From: Hormiphora californensis
Lineage: Eukaryota; Animalia; Ctenophora
DNA length: 64,000 nucleotides
Reading direction: 5' to 3'
NCBI GenBank assembly: GCA_020137815.1
Contig: CM035357.1
Span: 4,402,001-4,466,000 of the forward strand
Every line of letters begins with the position of its first letter. The stretch's first letter is position 1. The notes under the pieces are model-generated. The model worked only from the letters and a program-made list of their open reading frames with translations, ran no database searches and was not told where the DNA came from. The translations under genes were made by a program, and so were the position numbers. Positions 28,099 to 42,100 of the stretch are shown here, piece after piece.

Positions 28099-28697
28099 CA
28101 CAGACACAAACAGAGAAACACACAGATACAGAGAAACACACAGACACAAACAGAGAAACACACAGATACAGAGAAACACACAGACACAAACAGAGAAACA
28201 CACAGATACAGAGAAACACACAGACACAAACAGAGAAACACACAGATACAGAGAAACACACAGACACAAACAGAGAAACACACAGATACAGAGAAACACA
28301 CAGACACAAACAGAGAAACACACAGGTACAGACAAACACACAGACACAAACAGAGAAACACACAGATACAGAGAAACACACAGACGCAGATACACAGACA
28401 CAAACAGAAAAACACACAGCCATGATACATACAAACACACAGACACATGTAGACTCACACAGACAAACAAACACACACAGACACACACACACAGACACAC
28501 AGATACACACACACAGACACACACACACACACACAGATACACACAGACACAAACACACAGACACACACACAGACACACAGATACACACACAGACACACAC
28601 ACACACACACAGATACACACAGACACAAACACACAGACACACAGACACAGACACACACACACACAAACACACAGATACAAACACACACAGATACACA
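28099..28697. repeat. CA-rich compound minisatellite/microsatellite (40-bp period decaying to (CA)n)
   Basis: Direct reading. Confidence 0.9.
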
Positions 28698-29278
28698 CCT
28701 GTCTATGTAGCCATCACGATGCAGCTGGTCAACCATGTCACGCTAGTAGGGAGAGTAAGGGATTAACTAGGACCGCCAATATAATGAAGCAGTGTCCTAC
28801 ATTGTCGGGATTTCTAAGGACCCAACATCGTCATGGAAGAGCATGTCAAGTCCTTCCTAACCTCTAAATTTGAAGTCTATCTTTATGTGGCTCACCGTCA
28901 TTTTATAAAATGGGCTGTGAGGGATCGATGGATCGTGTCCATCTCACATCGGTGGGCGCCGTTAAGATTCGGGTAATTAAGGCCGTGTTTACATGGACAC
29001 GCTGCCAAAAAATACCCTGCGCTCTTACCACCTAACCGCTTAACCGTTTTGGCAAACCCCAGCCCTAACCCTACTTTAACCCTGACAATAAAAACCGTGA
29101 GTCCTGACACTCCGACTTTAACGTTTCCCCACATCGATCACCTGTCGGCTGTCACCAGGATGCGGATATATCTCAGACATAAATTGTTATTTGTGACCGT
29201 CAATGTATGCGCACTGGGGGACTATGCGATGTCAAAGCGACAGCGTATCCAGGGAAAATTGACGTTTTTGGCGAAATA

Positions 29279-30460
29279 AATCATCATCAATCATCATCAA
29301 TTTACATTTAATATACCGCTTTATAGCATATTGGTAAGATAACACTTAAAAAAGACAAAACTTTACGGATATCTCCCTGCTTTCAAAAGCGGGTTTTCTC
29401 TATTTGATCGGTAAATTAGAGTCCATGAGCTAGTGTTTATATAAATTGTCAAGTGTCCCTTGGTGCTTCTAACACCCTCTTTCCGCGGATAATGTAGCGT
29501 GTCCCAGGGGACCTCTTTACCATGTCCTTCAGTTCAACAACAAGCTTCTTCCGTTCTTTTCGTTCTTCTACTGTTCTATCAGGAGAGATAAAGACTTTGC
29601 CAAACCTTTCGTTCCCTTTCAGCAGGGATTTCTTCGATAGGATTGACATTTGAGCGTCTCTGCTCCTCAGCACGACTTTCACAGGTCTTGCAGATGAGGA
29701 CTGCTTTCCTAAGCGCTCGACACATTTCATTTTCGGAGCCTCTTCAAGCTCAGTAAAAAGAGACTTTAGTTGAGTTTCAAGCTCAGCACTCTCTTCCAGG
29801 CCATGGATGATGATGTTACACCCACGGTCCTCAGACGCAGCCACAATCGCTGATTGAATCTTCTTCGGAGCCAGGGCAGTAGCACATTCCTTCTCCAATA
29901 TACAAGCAAAACTCTTAATTTCTTCCTGTGCCGTTGACTGGACCGCTGTTATTTCATCTTCTCTCTTCTAGAGTAACTGTCTCTGAATTTTCAGGAGCTC
30001 CTCTTGTGCAGCCACTAGATCTTTTTGGACCTTGATTAGCTCTTTACTCTGCATCTTGAGCTCTTTCTCTAGCTCGTTTATCTTCAAGGTTTCGTAACCC
30101 ACAGTAGACAGCTGTTCAGTAATCGGGAAGGTCTGTTCTATCAGAATCCGGCATGCACCCTCCAAAAGGTCTAAAAGCACTGGCTTGTTCAATGCATTCA
30201 GTTTGTTCCTGGAGGGAACTTTCAGATCATCCCATACGTCCTCTGTCTGCTGTCCGTACTTCACTCGGCTCTGGTCAATTTCACCGAAGCCACCGGTCAG
30301 CGTTAGTATCTCGCTTACCCACTCCACGGTTCGTTCTTGACAGTATCGGATGTTTTCTTCTTCTACGTCTGTTCCTTGCAGGTAGATCCGCGTTTCTTCT
30401 TCATTATCGGAGCTTCCCATATTTCTTGCTGCCCTCTTGGGCTCTTACATAGACATTTGC
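29279..30460 (-). mobile_element. ORF1-only LINE-like (CR1/L2-type ORF1) element with in-frame stops
   Basis: ORFs 30420-29968 and 29898-29449 are one frame broken by a TAG. It encodes a coiled coil followed by NIIIHGLEE..RLGK..RPVKV..VFISPDRT.EER.ERK.L, typical of LINE ORF1p. A short 3' UTR ends in an (attgatgatg)n tail at ~29280. No ORF2. Confidence 0.65.
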
Positions 30461-31617
30461 TGAAACTCAATAAATAGTTTTACGTTGTAGTTGATGAAAG
30501 TTTGAAAATCAGTGTTTTAAGCTCACTTTGCCACATTCTCAGCCCCCACATCCATCTGAATATCAGGGGGCTACGCCATCCCTCATCCTTACCACTTTAA
30601 GGAGGCCAGAGCGTACAGAAAATACACCGAATAATCAATAAGAGAAAAACACTTTTTTTAATTTTTTAAACCTGATTTGAAAATCAGTCCAAGCATTGTA
30701 AGGAACACTTTTTTTAATTTTTTAAACCTGATTTGAAAATCAGTCCAAGCATTGTAAGGAACGCGCGGGTATTTCTACAATACGATGTGCATTTTACACG
30801 CGCGCATAAAACAACAACTAGAACTTTTTGTATCGAGATTTTGAGTGAAGATTTTCAAAATTTGAAAATCGTTGAAATTTGAAAACAGAAACTTAAAAGC
30901 GTTGCCTGTGCCTTGTATTCTACAGGGCGCACTCTTGGTAATGAAATTCCCCCTCTGCGCTAGCTCACGGAGGGGTAATAATATCGCTTGTACGGCGGGA
31001 AAAAAATTCCTGTGTCCAAACTACAAAATAGAAAGTGTTAATTTTTTGAACATACCGAGGAAATTGTCTGAGCTACCATTACATACCGGAATTTTTCGAT
31101 ATTTTGGCCATTAACACTGTTTTTGTTTTTGGAAAACTATGAAGATGCTGGAATTTGGCTACAAAAAGCTTCAGAAATGTGCAAAATGCCATTCCAAAGG
31201 TATTAGAGGTGGATTCATTGATAACTAAGCTATAGTCGAGTCAGAATAAATTCCACAAGATTGGAATTTTATGCCCATATAAGGAGTTATGCGACACACC
31301 TCTGTTGTTAAACATGTGGTGTAATCGCTACCGGTCGTTACTTTCTGTAGAATTCAGGTCCTGGTTACTATACAAACTAGTACCATACGTTTTAGATAGG
31401 TTTTAGACAAGTTTTCGATAACTTTTTATGAGAAGGTCCCGTAAATTTTCATTTTTAGGTAGGCGGTATTGTCACCCCTATATGCAATAATAGGGGTGAC
31501 TTCGTAACCAAGGCACACTCCCACTTACCAGTTTTTCGTTCTCATTCAAGGAAATTCTGGATTCTGTAAATTTTAGTAGATCATGTGGCATGATTCATGG
31601 CTTCGTCAGATGTCAGG

Positions 31618-31900
31618 GCGTTGAAGATGGCGAACGGCATTGCCCCTAACAATATTAAACTAACTTTCCAGAACCATACCCGACTTGGAAGGAAGGCTGA
31701 GTTTCCAACATCCACCACCTCACAAGTGACTGTCGCTACCATGACTCATTTGCCTGCAGAGCGGCTCGACTATGGACTTTGGAAATTTGATTACTCTATC
31801 AAGCAACGTGAACACGGCAGAAGCCAGAAGACCTGCACTCATTCAAATTTCTCCTTAGTAAATGGCTGAAGAGATTCCCAGACCGTCCCCCGGTGGCTCC
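31618..31900 (+). mobile_element. Degenerate 3' fragment of a CR1-like LINE reverse-transcriptase C-terminus
   Basis: K..NGIAPNNI.L.F....RLG.KA..P and, after frameshifts, FK..LSKWL..FPDRPP resemble CR1-type ORF2 C-termini (recalled similarity). Confidence 0.35.
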
Positions 31901-32485
31901 GGAGGGGTAGGCTGAGGGCTCTATGAGGAGCTGACACCGGTGCAGTAAAAAAATTCTAGAATAGACCTCGTCCTGGCTTTCATTACTCCCAATAATCAAT
32001 CAAGCAATCAAAACTACCACGGTGGCCGGTGGGTAGGGGCATTGAGCCACAATTAAATTGATAATGTCAAGAAAACTGAACCACACGGACCAAACTGGGT
32101 GAGGGTTCAGAGTGGCGTAACGAAACCAATTGCAGAGCAAAAAGGTCTACGCAAAATTAACGTCGCAAATTCTCTACTATTTTGTGACAAACTTGAGGAC
32201 TTGAGACAAGAATTTGCTAAAAGAATTCAAGGAATGTGCAGACTATTGGAATCGTCCAAAGAAACTAGGGATTATGATATCCTCTCGATGTTGTTCTGCT
32301 TCTACGACTATCATCGGAATAGGAGCGGAGTTCCAAAATTACTTTGCTTCTATAGCGACCGGGGGCTGTGGAATCCCAAGTGAATTCAGAAACATATCCC
32401 GTCCGAGCCTCGGTTTTAGGTCCTCATGGAGAGAATAAAATTTGTGCCACCCTTGTACACCACAGAAGTCAATATAGCAACAAAC

Positions 32486-32640
32486 TATTTTTTCCCTGCC
32501 CGGGTGAATGCCCGAAGGGCATTTACCCGGGATGATGTTTTTAGCACGCACGTGCTAAAAAGATCATAAAGGGTTTAGAAATCAGCAGATTGTGTAGTTA
32601 ACTAAAAGTGTCCGTCCGTCACGGACAACGCTTGACAACG
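32486..32640. mobile_element. Helentron/DINE-1-like terminal segment
   Basis: Hairpins cccgggtgaatgccc-gaa-gggcatttacccggg and tttttagcacgcacgtgctaaaaa, followed by (ccgt)n. Confidence 0.35.
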
Positions 32641-33194
32641 CTCCTTCATCAAATCAATTAATTGTTTTGATGAAATATGATGTCACGAGGCGCTTCTCCT
32701 GCAGGAAACTCGCACGCGCACAGGACGTTTATGTTTCACTTCAAAGAAAGTCTATAACTTTGGCGCCGCGCCCTACGTCATTGTACTGTACAATGTTCAC
32801 TTTTGAGTTGTGGCAATGGCATGAACTGCGACTTGAATACTACATGATATCACATAACCTTGAAACTGGAGTCTAATTAGTCAACCCATCAGCTTTACCG
32901 GCTCACATATCAGCATCCACTTAGAAGCAGGCGTGGCACAATCCAGATCTCATGCCGGCTGTCAAACTTTGACTCAAAGTTTATATCCTTGAAGTTGGGC
33001 AGGGTAATACAGCATTATGGGCACATAATGCAAATAATTCTTGTTAAATGGGAGCTAAATCAGTGGTGCTCGATTGCATAACGTTTAAATTAATTGGTCG
33101 TCCAAAAAGCCTAGGTATTAACCAGCTTAAACTAATATATAGCAGCCACTAACAACTATACCCCTGGTAGCGATGGGTTTTAGCTAATCGTGCA

Positions 33195-36100
33195 ATGAAA
33201 GTTGACAGATCAAAATGCAGGAAAATACTGACTGAGATAGTAAGTTTATCCTCCCACCCTTTGTATCGATTTGCAATATTACAGCCCTATCAAAATGTGT
33301 GTTGTTCACTCCCTCTTTGGCAGTTACAGAACTTACCCTTCAAATTATCTCAAGATACCGAACTAACTTTTGCTCTCCCTCGTCCATCTCTCTAAAACTC
33401 GAATCTTCCCTTATACTGGCGATTCAACTCCCTCTTTAAACTCGTCCCCATCTCTATCTCCTCCCTCGATCTCTAGCTAACCCCTCCTTTCATTCCCCTC
33501 TTTGAACCAGTTACCCTCTTTCTCTCTCTCTCACACACACACACTTTCTCCGCACACTCTCTTCATCTCTCTAATACCCATTCCTTCCCGTCTCTTGCCC
33601 CTTCCTCTAACACACTTCCTCCCTTCAGCCGGCCAGTCTCTAACACACTTCCTCCCTTCAGCCGGCCAGCTGCAAGAGTTTGATCAGCAAGTTACGATCA
33701 TGTCCCGAGGCAGAGCTCGTTCAAATGCTCAAAAACATCGTGGTATGGGAGTACGGAAAGGTAATTATAATTGATTAATTAATTAGTTGATGTTAACATA
33801 TTACATAGATATCTCAGCAACATTTCCAGTCTGAATTTCATAACAATATAAAAACATGTACCGCGGGTGTCACATGACAAATTTAGTTTTGTTAAAACTA
33901 TTTTCTTAGCCCTCGTGAAATGATATAAGTATGTACTGAAATATCGCTATATAATGACATCTTACTATCTCTCTCACTCTCCCCTCACTCACTCTCTTTT
34001 TCTCCACCCCCCCCCCTCTCTCTCTCTCTCCTTCAGTGTGAGTTATACCACTGGATTGATGTTCTGGATCGGTTTGATGGTATCCTGGAACGGGTTGCTA
34101 AACACGACACAAACGACCAAACAATGATTTACCTTTGCAGAAAGTTAGAGGACAAACAGGTATAGTTATTAGTTCGCTACAGGACCTGCAGCACGTCAAC
34201 GCAGAACGCTACAATGTATTGCATTGAGATATCAGTGAATCAATAAACATATTCAAGATATCGCAACATATTCAAGATATCGCAACAATACTGTATTATC
34301 TGATGATATATAGTCAGCCCTTTTTAGAAATATGAAACATCCAGTACATACATTATAACCAGAATCCTGAACTAATGATAAATCTAACACGTTTCAAGGA
34401 TCTTTGTACTGACACGTTGTGTTTTCAGCTGAAGGATCTTGTTTATTATGTGCTCTACTTTACCTCACTTCTAATGGAACATGCATATGCCAGACACCTT
34501 TACAGCTCTATAGAGGTAGGTGTGGACCACCATCCTCTCCCCCCCCCCCCGTCGTTGGTTACGAAATATCCCCTCTGGCAAGGGAGGGGTTATTTCGTAA
34601 CCAATCCCCTCGACCCCCTTCCCAAATATGTGTACGTATGTCGGGGCGGCTGATAAGAGTGTTTGGTGCGTCCTACTACGGGCAGGTCATCCTCAAGACG
34701 CAGCATTAACAAACAATGTGTGCCTTGGTGAGAAACACGAGATAGCTGAATCAATACAAACTATTAATAAGGAGATCGGTTAGAGTCTCGCAGCATATTC
34801 CGAACCATGTAGTCAGAGATTGAGAGCAGTGAAAGTCACCTCAAAAACTAAAAACTCCACGACTAGTTTAAACATCAAATTATTGCTTTCTATTTGCCTG
34901 ACTAAATTTTACATACTACCAGACATTATGAGAATAAGGTTCTCTAAAGCACTGATAAAACTGAGAAAAGTATTGGGTGGCTAGGACATCATCGATTAGA
35001 TCATATTGTTATCTTTTTCAGCATCTCACGACCCTCTTGGCAGCAAGTGACATGGATATTGTGCTAGCAGTGCTAAACCTCCTCTACGTGTTCAGGTTAG
35101 TACCTCCTCACCTCACCTCACCTCCCCAGTGGGATGAAAAGGTACCTCATGAGGTGTGAGGTGAACCTGTGAGGTGGAGCGGAGGACGCCAAACCTCCTT
35201 CGAAAATATCTCTTTCGCGACTAGCTGACACTGACATAGAATGTAGAGTGATTCGCGCTCTGAGCAAAATTCATGCGCATAGTACGCGCGCACTCATTCC
35301 CCCTCCTCGATTCATTGGGGTGAACGGGAACCACTTCTTGAAACCACGTACAATGTTACCACTTACCACACAATTCTTACTTTCAGTAAAAGATCCAACT
35401 TTATATCTCGTCTCCCTCCTGAGAGAAGATGTTCCCTAAAGCTAAGGCTAAATCACCTAGCTGAGGTATGTACATTTATTATTCTCGACGTTTCTTTGTT
35501 CCACGTTTTGGGCTAAATTTTACTTGATTTCTCTCCCCAAATAGTCGTGGGGAGGTAAGGATAATGGGTTTGGGTTAGCTACCTGCTGTGGAGATAAGCC
35601 TTTGACAGAGTTTCCCCCAACTGCCACCACCCTTCACTTCGAGTTCTATGTTACGAGTGGAGGTGCTTCACAACATCGTGTCATACACCGAGAGAATATC
35701 AACCGCATATCAGAAAGGTAATGTCTCTTTAATTCAATTGAAGAAATGTTCTCTCGCATATATCATTAATCATTATTGATCCCCCTTGATGTCCATCTAA
35801 ATATTAATGTCTTTCCCCCAGTTCTGCTAAAGTTATGGAAGAGCTAGTCACGGAGTTTCAAGTACCTACTGGTAAACAGATGGGATTGTTAACCAATATT
35901 CGCCTCGCACAGTCATTCTCCAACTATACCCGCCGGTTACAGTGTGTCCAGGTATGTACAGATATCCAATCAAACATAGTTTTTTTTGTATTGAGCTCGA
36001 AACGGTGAACGGAAAAGCGTACTTTTTGTTCTCTCTGAGCGGACTCTTGTCGAATAACAAAACCACTTCCAGGCTCGATTACAAGCGATATCGATACTTG

Positions 36101-39100
36101 TGTATAGTAATGCTGGTAACGACATACTCCAGAACCTCCTATATGATGGGTTGATAGAGGAGTTAGTGGATGTGTTGGGGGTCAATGATTCCCGACTAAC
36201 GGTATGAAACCATTTTAAGACTTTCTATTATTATCTTTCTTGTTGTTAGTTGTTACAACTAAAAACAGGTTCGATGATGAACGAATCAATGTTATCATAC
36301 CACCTCCCTCAACCTCATCCCCTTAACCCCCTCCCCTCATCCCCTGTAATTCTATATCCCCATCCCCTAAAGCCCCTGTGATTCTGTATCCCCGTCCCCT
36401 AAAACCCCTGTGAACACCTCAGGAGATTAAGGCTGCTGCCCTGAAGACCCTAACTGCCACAATACACCTGGAGCGGACACCCCGGATTCACGCTATAATC
36501 GATGCTACTGGCATGTCATCATACCATGGCTTCTTCCCCTCTCTATTCAGATCATGCGTTCTATCAATGATAGGTAGGTTTCAGATAGGTTTCGGGGAGG
36601 GGTATTCTTTATTATTCATTCCGAATAATATTCGGTAGTATACTTTTATGGGCATCTTGTGCCAATCGCGCCAAGAAGTTGTATAGGTTTCTCTATAATA
36701 GCATTATAGTTTCCTACTAAATACTAAATGATCTGACCCCACCCTCTATTCTCTAAATACCAAACAGGCAATTAACCATCATATTACCAGGTCAAAGCAC
36801 AGAGACGCCCCTACCACAGATGCTCTCAACTGCCCTCTTCTCTTTCCTCTACCATCTTGCAAGTTATGAAGCCGGAGGTAAGTTAATTTTAACCATGCCT
36901 CCTCCCTCTTATACCAGATATTATTGAGTCATTGAAATATGTATTTCCACCCCAGGGCCCCAGCCGTCCGTCACCGCCTTCTGTCCTAGCCCCCTCCCCC
37001 ATGTCCTGGCCCCTAACGTCCCCACCCCTCATGTGCCCCTAATGCCCCCACTTCCCCTCATGTCCCCGCCCCTAATGTCCCCACTTCCCCTAATGTCCCC
37101 GCCCCGTTTCAGGTGAGGCCCTGGTGTCATGTGGCATAATGGAGACACTGCTACGAATTGTCCAGTGGAGGAGCACAGACAAATCACAACTGACCTTTGT
37201 GACACGGTCTGTGAGACTCATTGACCTGATAACGAACATGGATGTGACGATATTCACCAGTTTCAATGGCCTTACCTGTCTTATCAATCGGTTACAGGTA
37301 CTGTCATTTAGACTGTCATTTAGACTGTCATTTATACTGTCACAGAGGTCAACTGTCATCTACCCCCAAAAGGCTTTAATAATAATGATAATACACTATG
37401 ACTCTTAAACCATTCCTAAAATACTCCCCTAAGCTAACTCCCATTTCCAAACAACTATAAAACCAGCTCCTTTTTCCAGCACGAGGTTGACATGTGTAGG
37501 GGTGAACTGGGGGAACCGATCCCCGAGGATTCCTCCCAAACCGACCTGACCACCCCCACTAAGGAGGAGAGTGGAGAGGAGGGGGTTGTATCTCTACAGG
37601 GTGTGGAGGTGACATTGGATCCAGAGGTAGCTGGACCCTCAGACATGGCAGAACCTGATCCTGGTCCATCGGATACAGAGATGTCTTGGTCACCTAAAGG
37701 TAGGCAGAGGAGAGAGATATGTCCCGGTCACCTAAAGGTAGGCCGAGGAGAGAGAAAGAGAGATGTGTGTTCCCCGAATGAAAAGGGTGGTGGTGGTGGT
37801 GGTGCAGATAGGTTATAGCGTGCCAAACTCTGCCCCGTAGGGCAGAACGACATTGCAACCTCGTCATAGCGTCTGTCATCGTGTTGTGGTCAGTTAATAT
37901 CATGGCATTCTTAATGTCAGTCAGTCATTGTACTTGCAAGACACTTACGCAGCCCCCACGGTTAAAGGTCGGTTGCACTCTTCGCATCTCCGCCCCGTGA
38001 GGACATTGCAGTTATCTTGCGAATAAGCAACATGGCAAGTTAGGGGGCATGTTTTCAAGCTTGGGTGGCTGTGCAGGTAGGCCTGTTCGTTTGTTTGTTA
38101 CGACGACGGTCCGTCGAGTGGACACTTGGGTCTGGGGTAGTCTGTCTATAGTAGCTCTAATTAAATTATTGATTGGTAAGGTTTAATCCGGAATCATTAT
38201 CAATGGTACACAATAGATGAACAGACAATACGGACAGATGAACTTACAGCTTTTTGATGTATGATTGGTACCGTGATGTTGTTGGTGATGAGATGAGAGG
38301 TGTACCATTTCATGTAGAGATCCAGATAAACAAAAACGATAAAATACAAATAAGATGTGGGACAGATTGTAGCGTCCCTATAATAATATATAATGTGTAC
38401 GATGTATAGGACAAGGCGGGTGGGACAGATAAGAACAATTGTGAGTTGTTACACGCGATAAGCGACTTAGTGCACCAAAACACAAGGATTGTCCCTGTAC
38501 TGGCGTGTTTCACAAAGTGCTCTACTTTGGGACGGGCGAGGTGGGGGAGGTGGGCGGGGTGGAGGGGTGGGGCGGAGGGGGTGGGTGGAGGCAAGTCTTA
38601 CACAGAAATGGCGACCAGACACTGTACCATACCAGAAGCAAGGCGGTGTACAACCAATCCCGTTCTAGAAGAGACAAGACAATGTATAACACACGGAACA
38701 AAGAAGTGTACAACCTGTCCCGACCTAGACAAGTGTCTAGACAGTATACAATACACGAAACACAGAAATGTACAACTTGTCCCGGTCGAAACAAGGCAGA
38801 GAACTGACGACAAACATACACCAAACTGCAAAATAGTGATCTCACTTCAGGTATGGTCTTAGGAATCCAAAATTGTCCAATCTAAAAGATCCTGCAAAAA
38901 TTTTTGGTCCACAGCAACACATGCGATCAGGAAGGACCAAATGCAAATCTTTATGGATCACCCTAATATAACAACCAACCAATCAATCTTACCTGAGATT
39001 TGCACTACTCTTACTTACGTGACTCAGCGTATCAAAATTAGTCGGGTACGGTATAGTTTTCGCTTTGATATAAATTAGTTTTAGTTTTACTCTCCGAGCT

Positions 39101-42100
39101 TGATTGAATGATCAAGTTTGATCAGTCTGTGCGACCGTGCCCTTGTTCTTCAGTGAAAATGCAAATTTGTTCTAGAGGAGGCACCTTTAAGAAGAAGGAC
39201 CTTCTGTCTGTTCGGGCTCGTGTAAGCTCAGTGCTCACACCGGAACTTCGGTGTGAGAGCCGACAGAGACTGGGAACATGTACAGTTTTGAGTGGTTACA
39301 GGAAAAATCCCAAAATTAAATGAAAAATGCAAATGGAGGACAAACTTTTTGAAACAGCAAGTTAACATATAATATAAAGTTAACATATAACAGCAAGTTA
39401 ACATATACATAATAATAAAATACTTGAAATTCAACACACACCTTACTATAATAAAAGCAGTAATCATGTGCTAATTGTACAATGTACCTAGCCTCCGTTC
39501 GTAGGGATCCGGATGGAAAATGTGATCATAGTTACAGTAAGGAAAGGTGCAACTCTAATAGTCTTTACTGCGTTTTGCATTCATCCTACCACCATCTATA
39601 CCATTACCCAACAATATCCAAGAAGCAAGCCCCTACTGCGCATAATACCCGTCAATTACAAGGCCGTAAAGAACTTCTAACAGGACCCCAATATACTTTC
39701 AATCACCCACCATAACGGGTACTGTTAGATGGAGAAGCGGATCGAAACCTATACATCACATCCTGCACGTATCCAATCCCGTCCGTAGGGCAGGAATTTC
39801 CGCTAGTACTTTTAAATCAAAATTAGAGTAACAAACTCCCTGGATTTTATATTTCATTCCACGGGTCTTCCTTTTGATGGTCTAGTTTGAAGTTTCTGCA
39901 ATTTCTGCAGGTCCTTCCTGTTGTACCTGTTCTGTGTTGGAGGTCGCAGGTCCTTCTACAACAAGATCTTGTTGTACTTGTTTTGTGTTGGAAGGTGCCC
40001 TCAGTTTGGGCATTTTCAGCAATTTTCCTGTCGTTTCCGCGATTATGTTGCTGTATAACAAAGGATTCAGCACAGAGTTGAGGGGGAGGATATTGAGTGA
40101 GAAGATCTGGTACCAAGATGACATATCCACCACCTCGGCCGTGTGGAGGACACAACAAATCAGGAAGGGCATCCAGCAGCAGAAATCTGTGATACAGATC
40201 AAGGTAACTTTACGACCAAGTGTTGATGATGAATTTGAGTTCTGGACCCGATTTTTATTTGAAAGGATCGCTATCAGCATATGGCATATGGCTACAACTA
40301 CAAAACAGAGTAAATGGAAGCTGAGATAAAGCCAAACGTAGCCTGCCTGTGGGTCATCAGGGAGGACAAACGCCTTGAACATGCATACTGGGTCATTCCC
40401 ATAGAACGAGAGTTTTGTGCCACTGGTTGATCCGTTGTAATCGTGAGAAAACATCTCAGAAACCATATTTTGAAGTACATTCCAAGAGACGGAAGTACCG
40501 GCTGATTCGCTAGCCTTATGATTCCCGTGATAGACCCGGACAATATCCGAAAGTCGCTTTTTGCCCATCGCTCCGAGGAACAATGGAATGTCCTGGTATA
40601 TCAACCCATTGACAAACCAGTCATCTAAACCATCGATCAGAGGTAGGACAGCCACACCAACGGCAAAGAATAATACACCTCCAAGTAACAACACAAGCTT
40701 TATTTTCAGTTTCATAGTAACTTCCTCAGACCGCCGGTATCGCAGTGCTTGCAAGGTACCTTGGAGTCTAAAACAGCTGATTAAAGCCATTACAAGGGAG
40801 GAAATTGTACCACCTGTGGTATTGAAAACACCAATAACTTCGCATGTCCGTCCACTCATCCACTCAATCTGCCTTTCACAAAACTGCGAGCCTTTAGTCC
40901 AGTGAATGGAGGTAAGGGTCAGGAGATAGATTGATGTGAGGAGATCGCCGCAGGATATGGCAAGGACCATGACATTATTCACGTATTTACCACTCTTTTT
41001 TGACTCACGTATTTCCCAGAAAGCCTTGTATGCACTGGCTAAACTGAGTAATGCACCTACTACCCCCATGATGGTCGATATGACCAATACACCATCGTTC
41101 ATGACGACTTTCCTCCTACATTCGTCGTTGCATTCGTCCGATAAGTCGGCACAGTCAATCTTACCATCGCATTGCTGATCCACGGTCAGGATGCCAGAAC
41201 TGTCTGAACATTGGAAGTTGTTAATACATTTCTCCTCATCCGACCTGTCTCCACAATCATCAACCAGATCACATACTTTCTCGAACAGGATGCAATTAGT
41301 GTTTTTACATACGAAAAAGTTGTTATGGTATTTATCCTGAGACTTTTTCGCCACTGTAAGTGAATTCAACTCAAGGTTAAGAGAAAATATTGTATGCCGC
41401 AAGTTAGGACACGCATTTTGGTGGACCGGTCGCTCCAGTGGACACTCGGCGTTAAAACATAGACCTGAACAACTGTAGTAGACAAATTCTTCTCCGTATA
41501 GATACCTGCAATCTTGTTTCTCGCTAAGAAGTACCAATTCAGTTGTAAAGTTCCTCCCGAAGAAAGTATGAAATGGGTGGCTGAATATTGTAGAGCGACA
41601 TGTTTGTCCTCTTAGACGAAGGAGATGCTCTAGTCCTTTGGTGCAAATGCCGCTTTTCAAAGTCTGTCCATTAGGTGTTTGCCAAGAAATCAATTTTCGA
41701 GAGACCACTGCTCCATCTTTTCGGGCATTACATACACCTTCATCGCATTTGTTGGGAAAAGAGCAAAGAAAGCCTAACTCCAAAAATCTTGCCCTATCAT
41801 CTTTACATAAAAACACATCGGAGCATTCGTGAGGTAGGTATTTAACCCTTTTTCTTGGACCTTCACCACATGTTTCCCACTCTTTCCGTTCATCTTGCCC
41901 ATCCAAACAATCCACCACCCCATCTTGGATCCATTCCACGGGTATCGGGAGGAGCCCTTCGTTCTGACTAAAACTGCGAACACACGTTTGTTTGGTCAGT
42001 TTGGAACACAGCTCCCTCTTCTCGTCTGCTTCCTCAGCACAGTCTGCTCTACTGTTGCACAACAAGTGTTTCTGTATCGTACACTGCCTGTTTATCGTAG

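Noticed and set aside
28037-28766. Cys/Val- or His/Thr-rich ORFs, and likewise the ER/SL ORFs over (GA)n tracts
   Set aside because: Microsatellite translations.
29968-29970. Programmed stop-codon readthrough in the ORF1-like gene
   Set aside because: A second stop upstream and the transposon context favour simple decay.
38446-38862. Cys-rich protein (TRQCTT-like repeats)
   Set aside because: Degenerate tandem repeat with no signal peptide or clear splice context.
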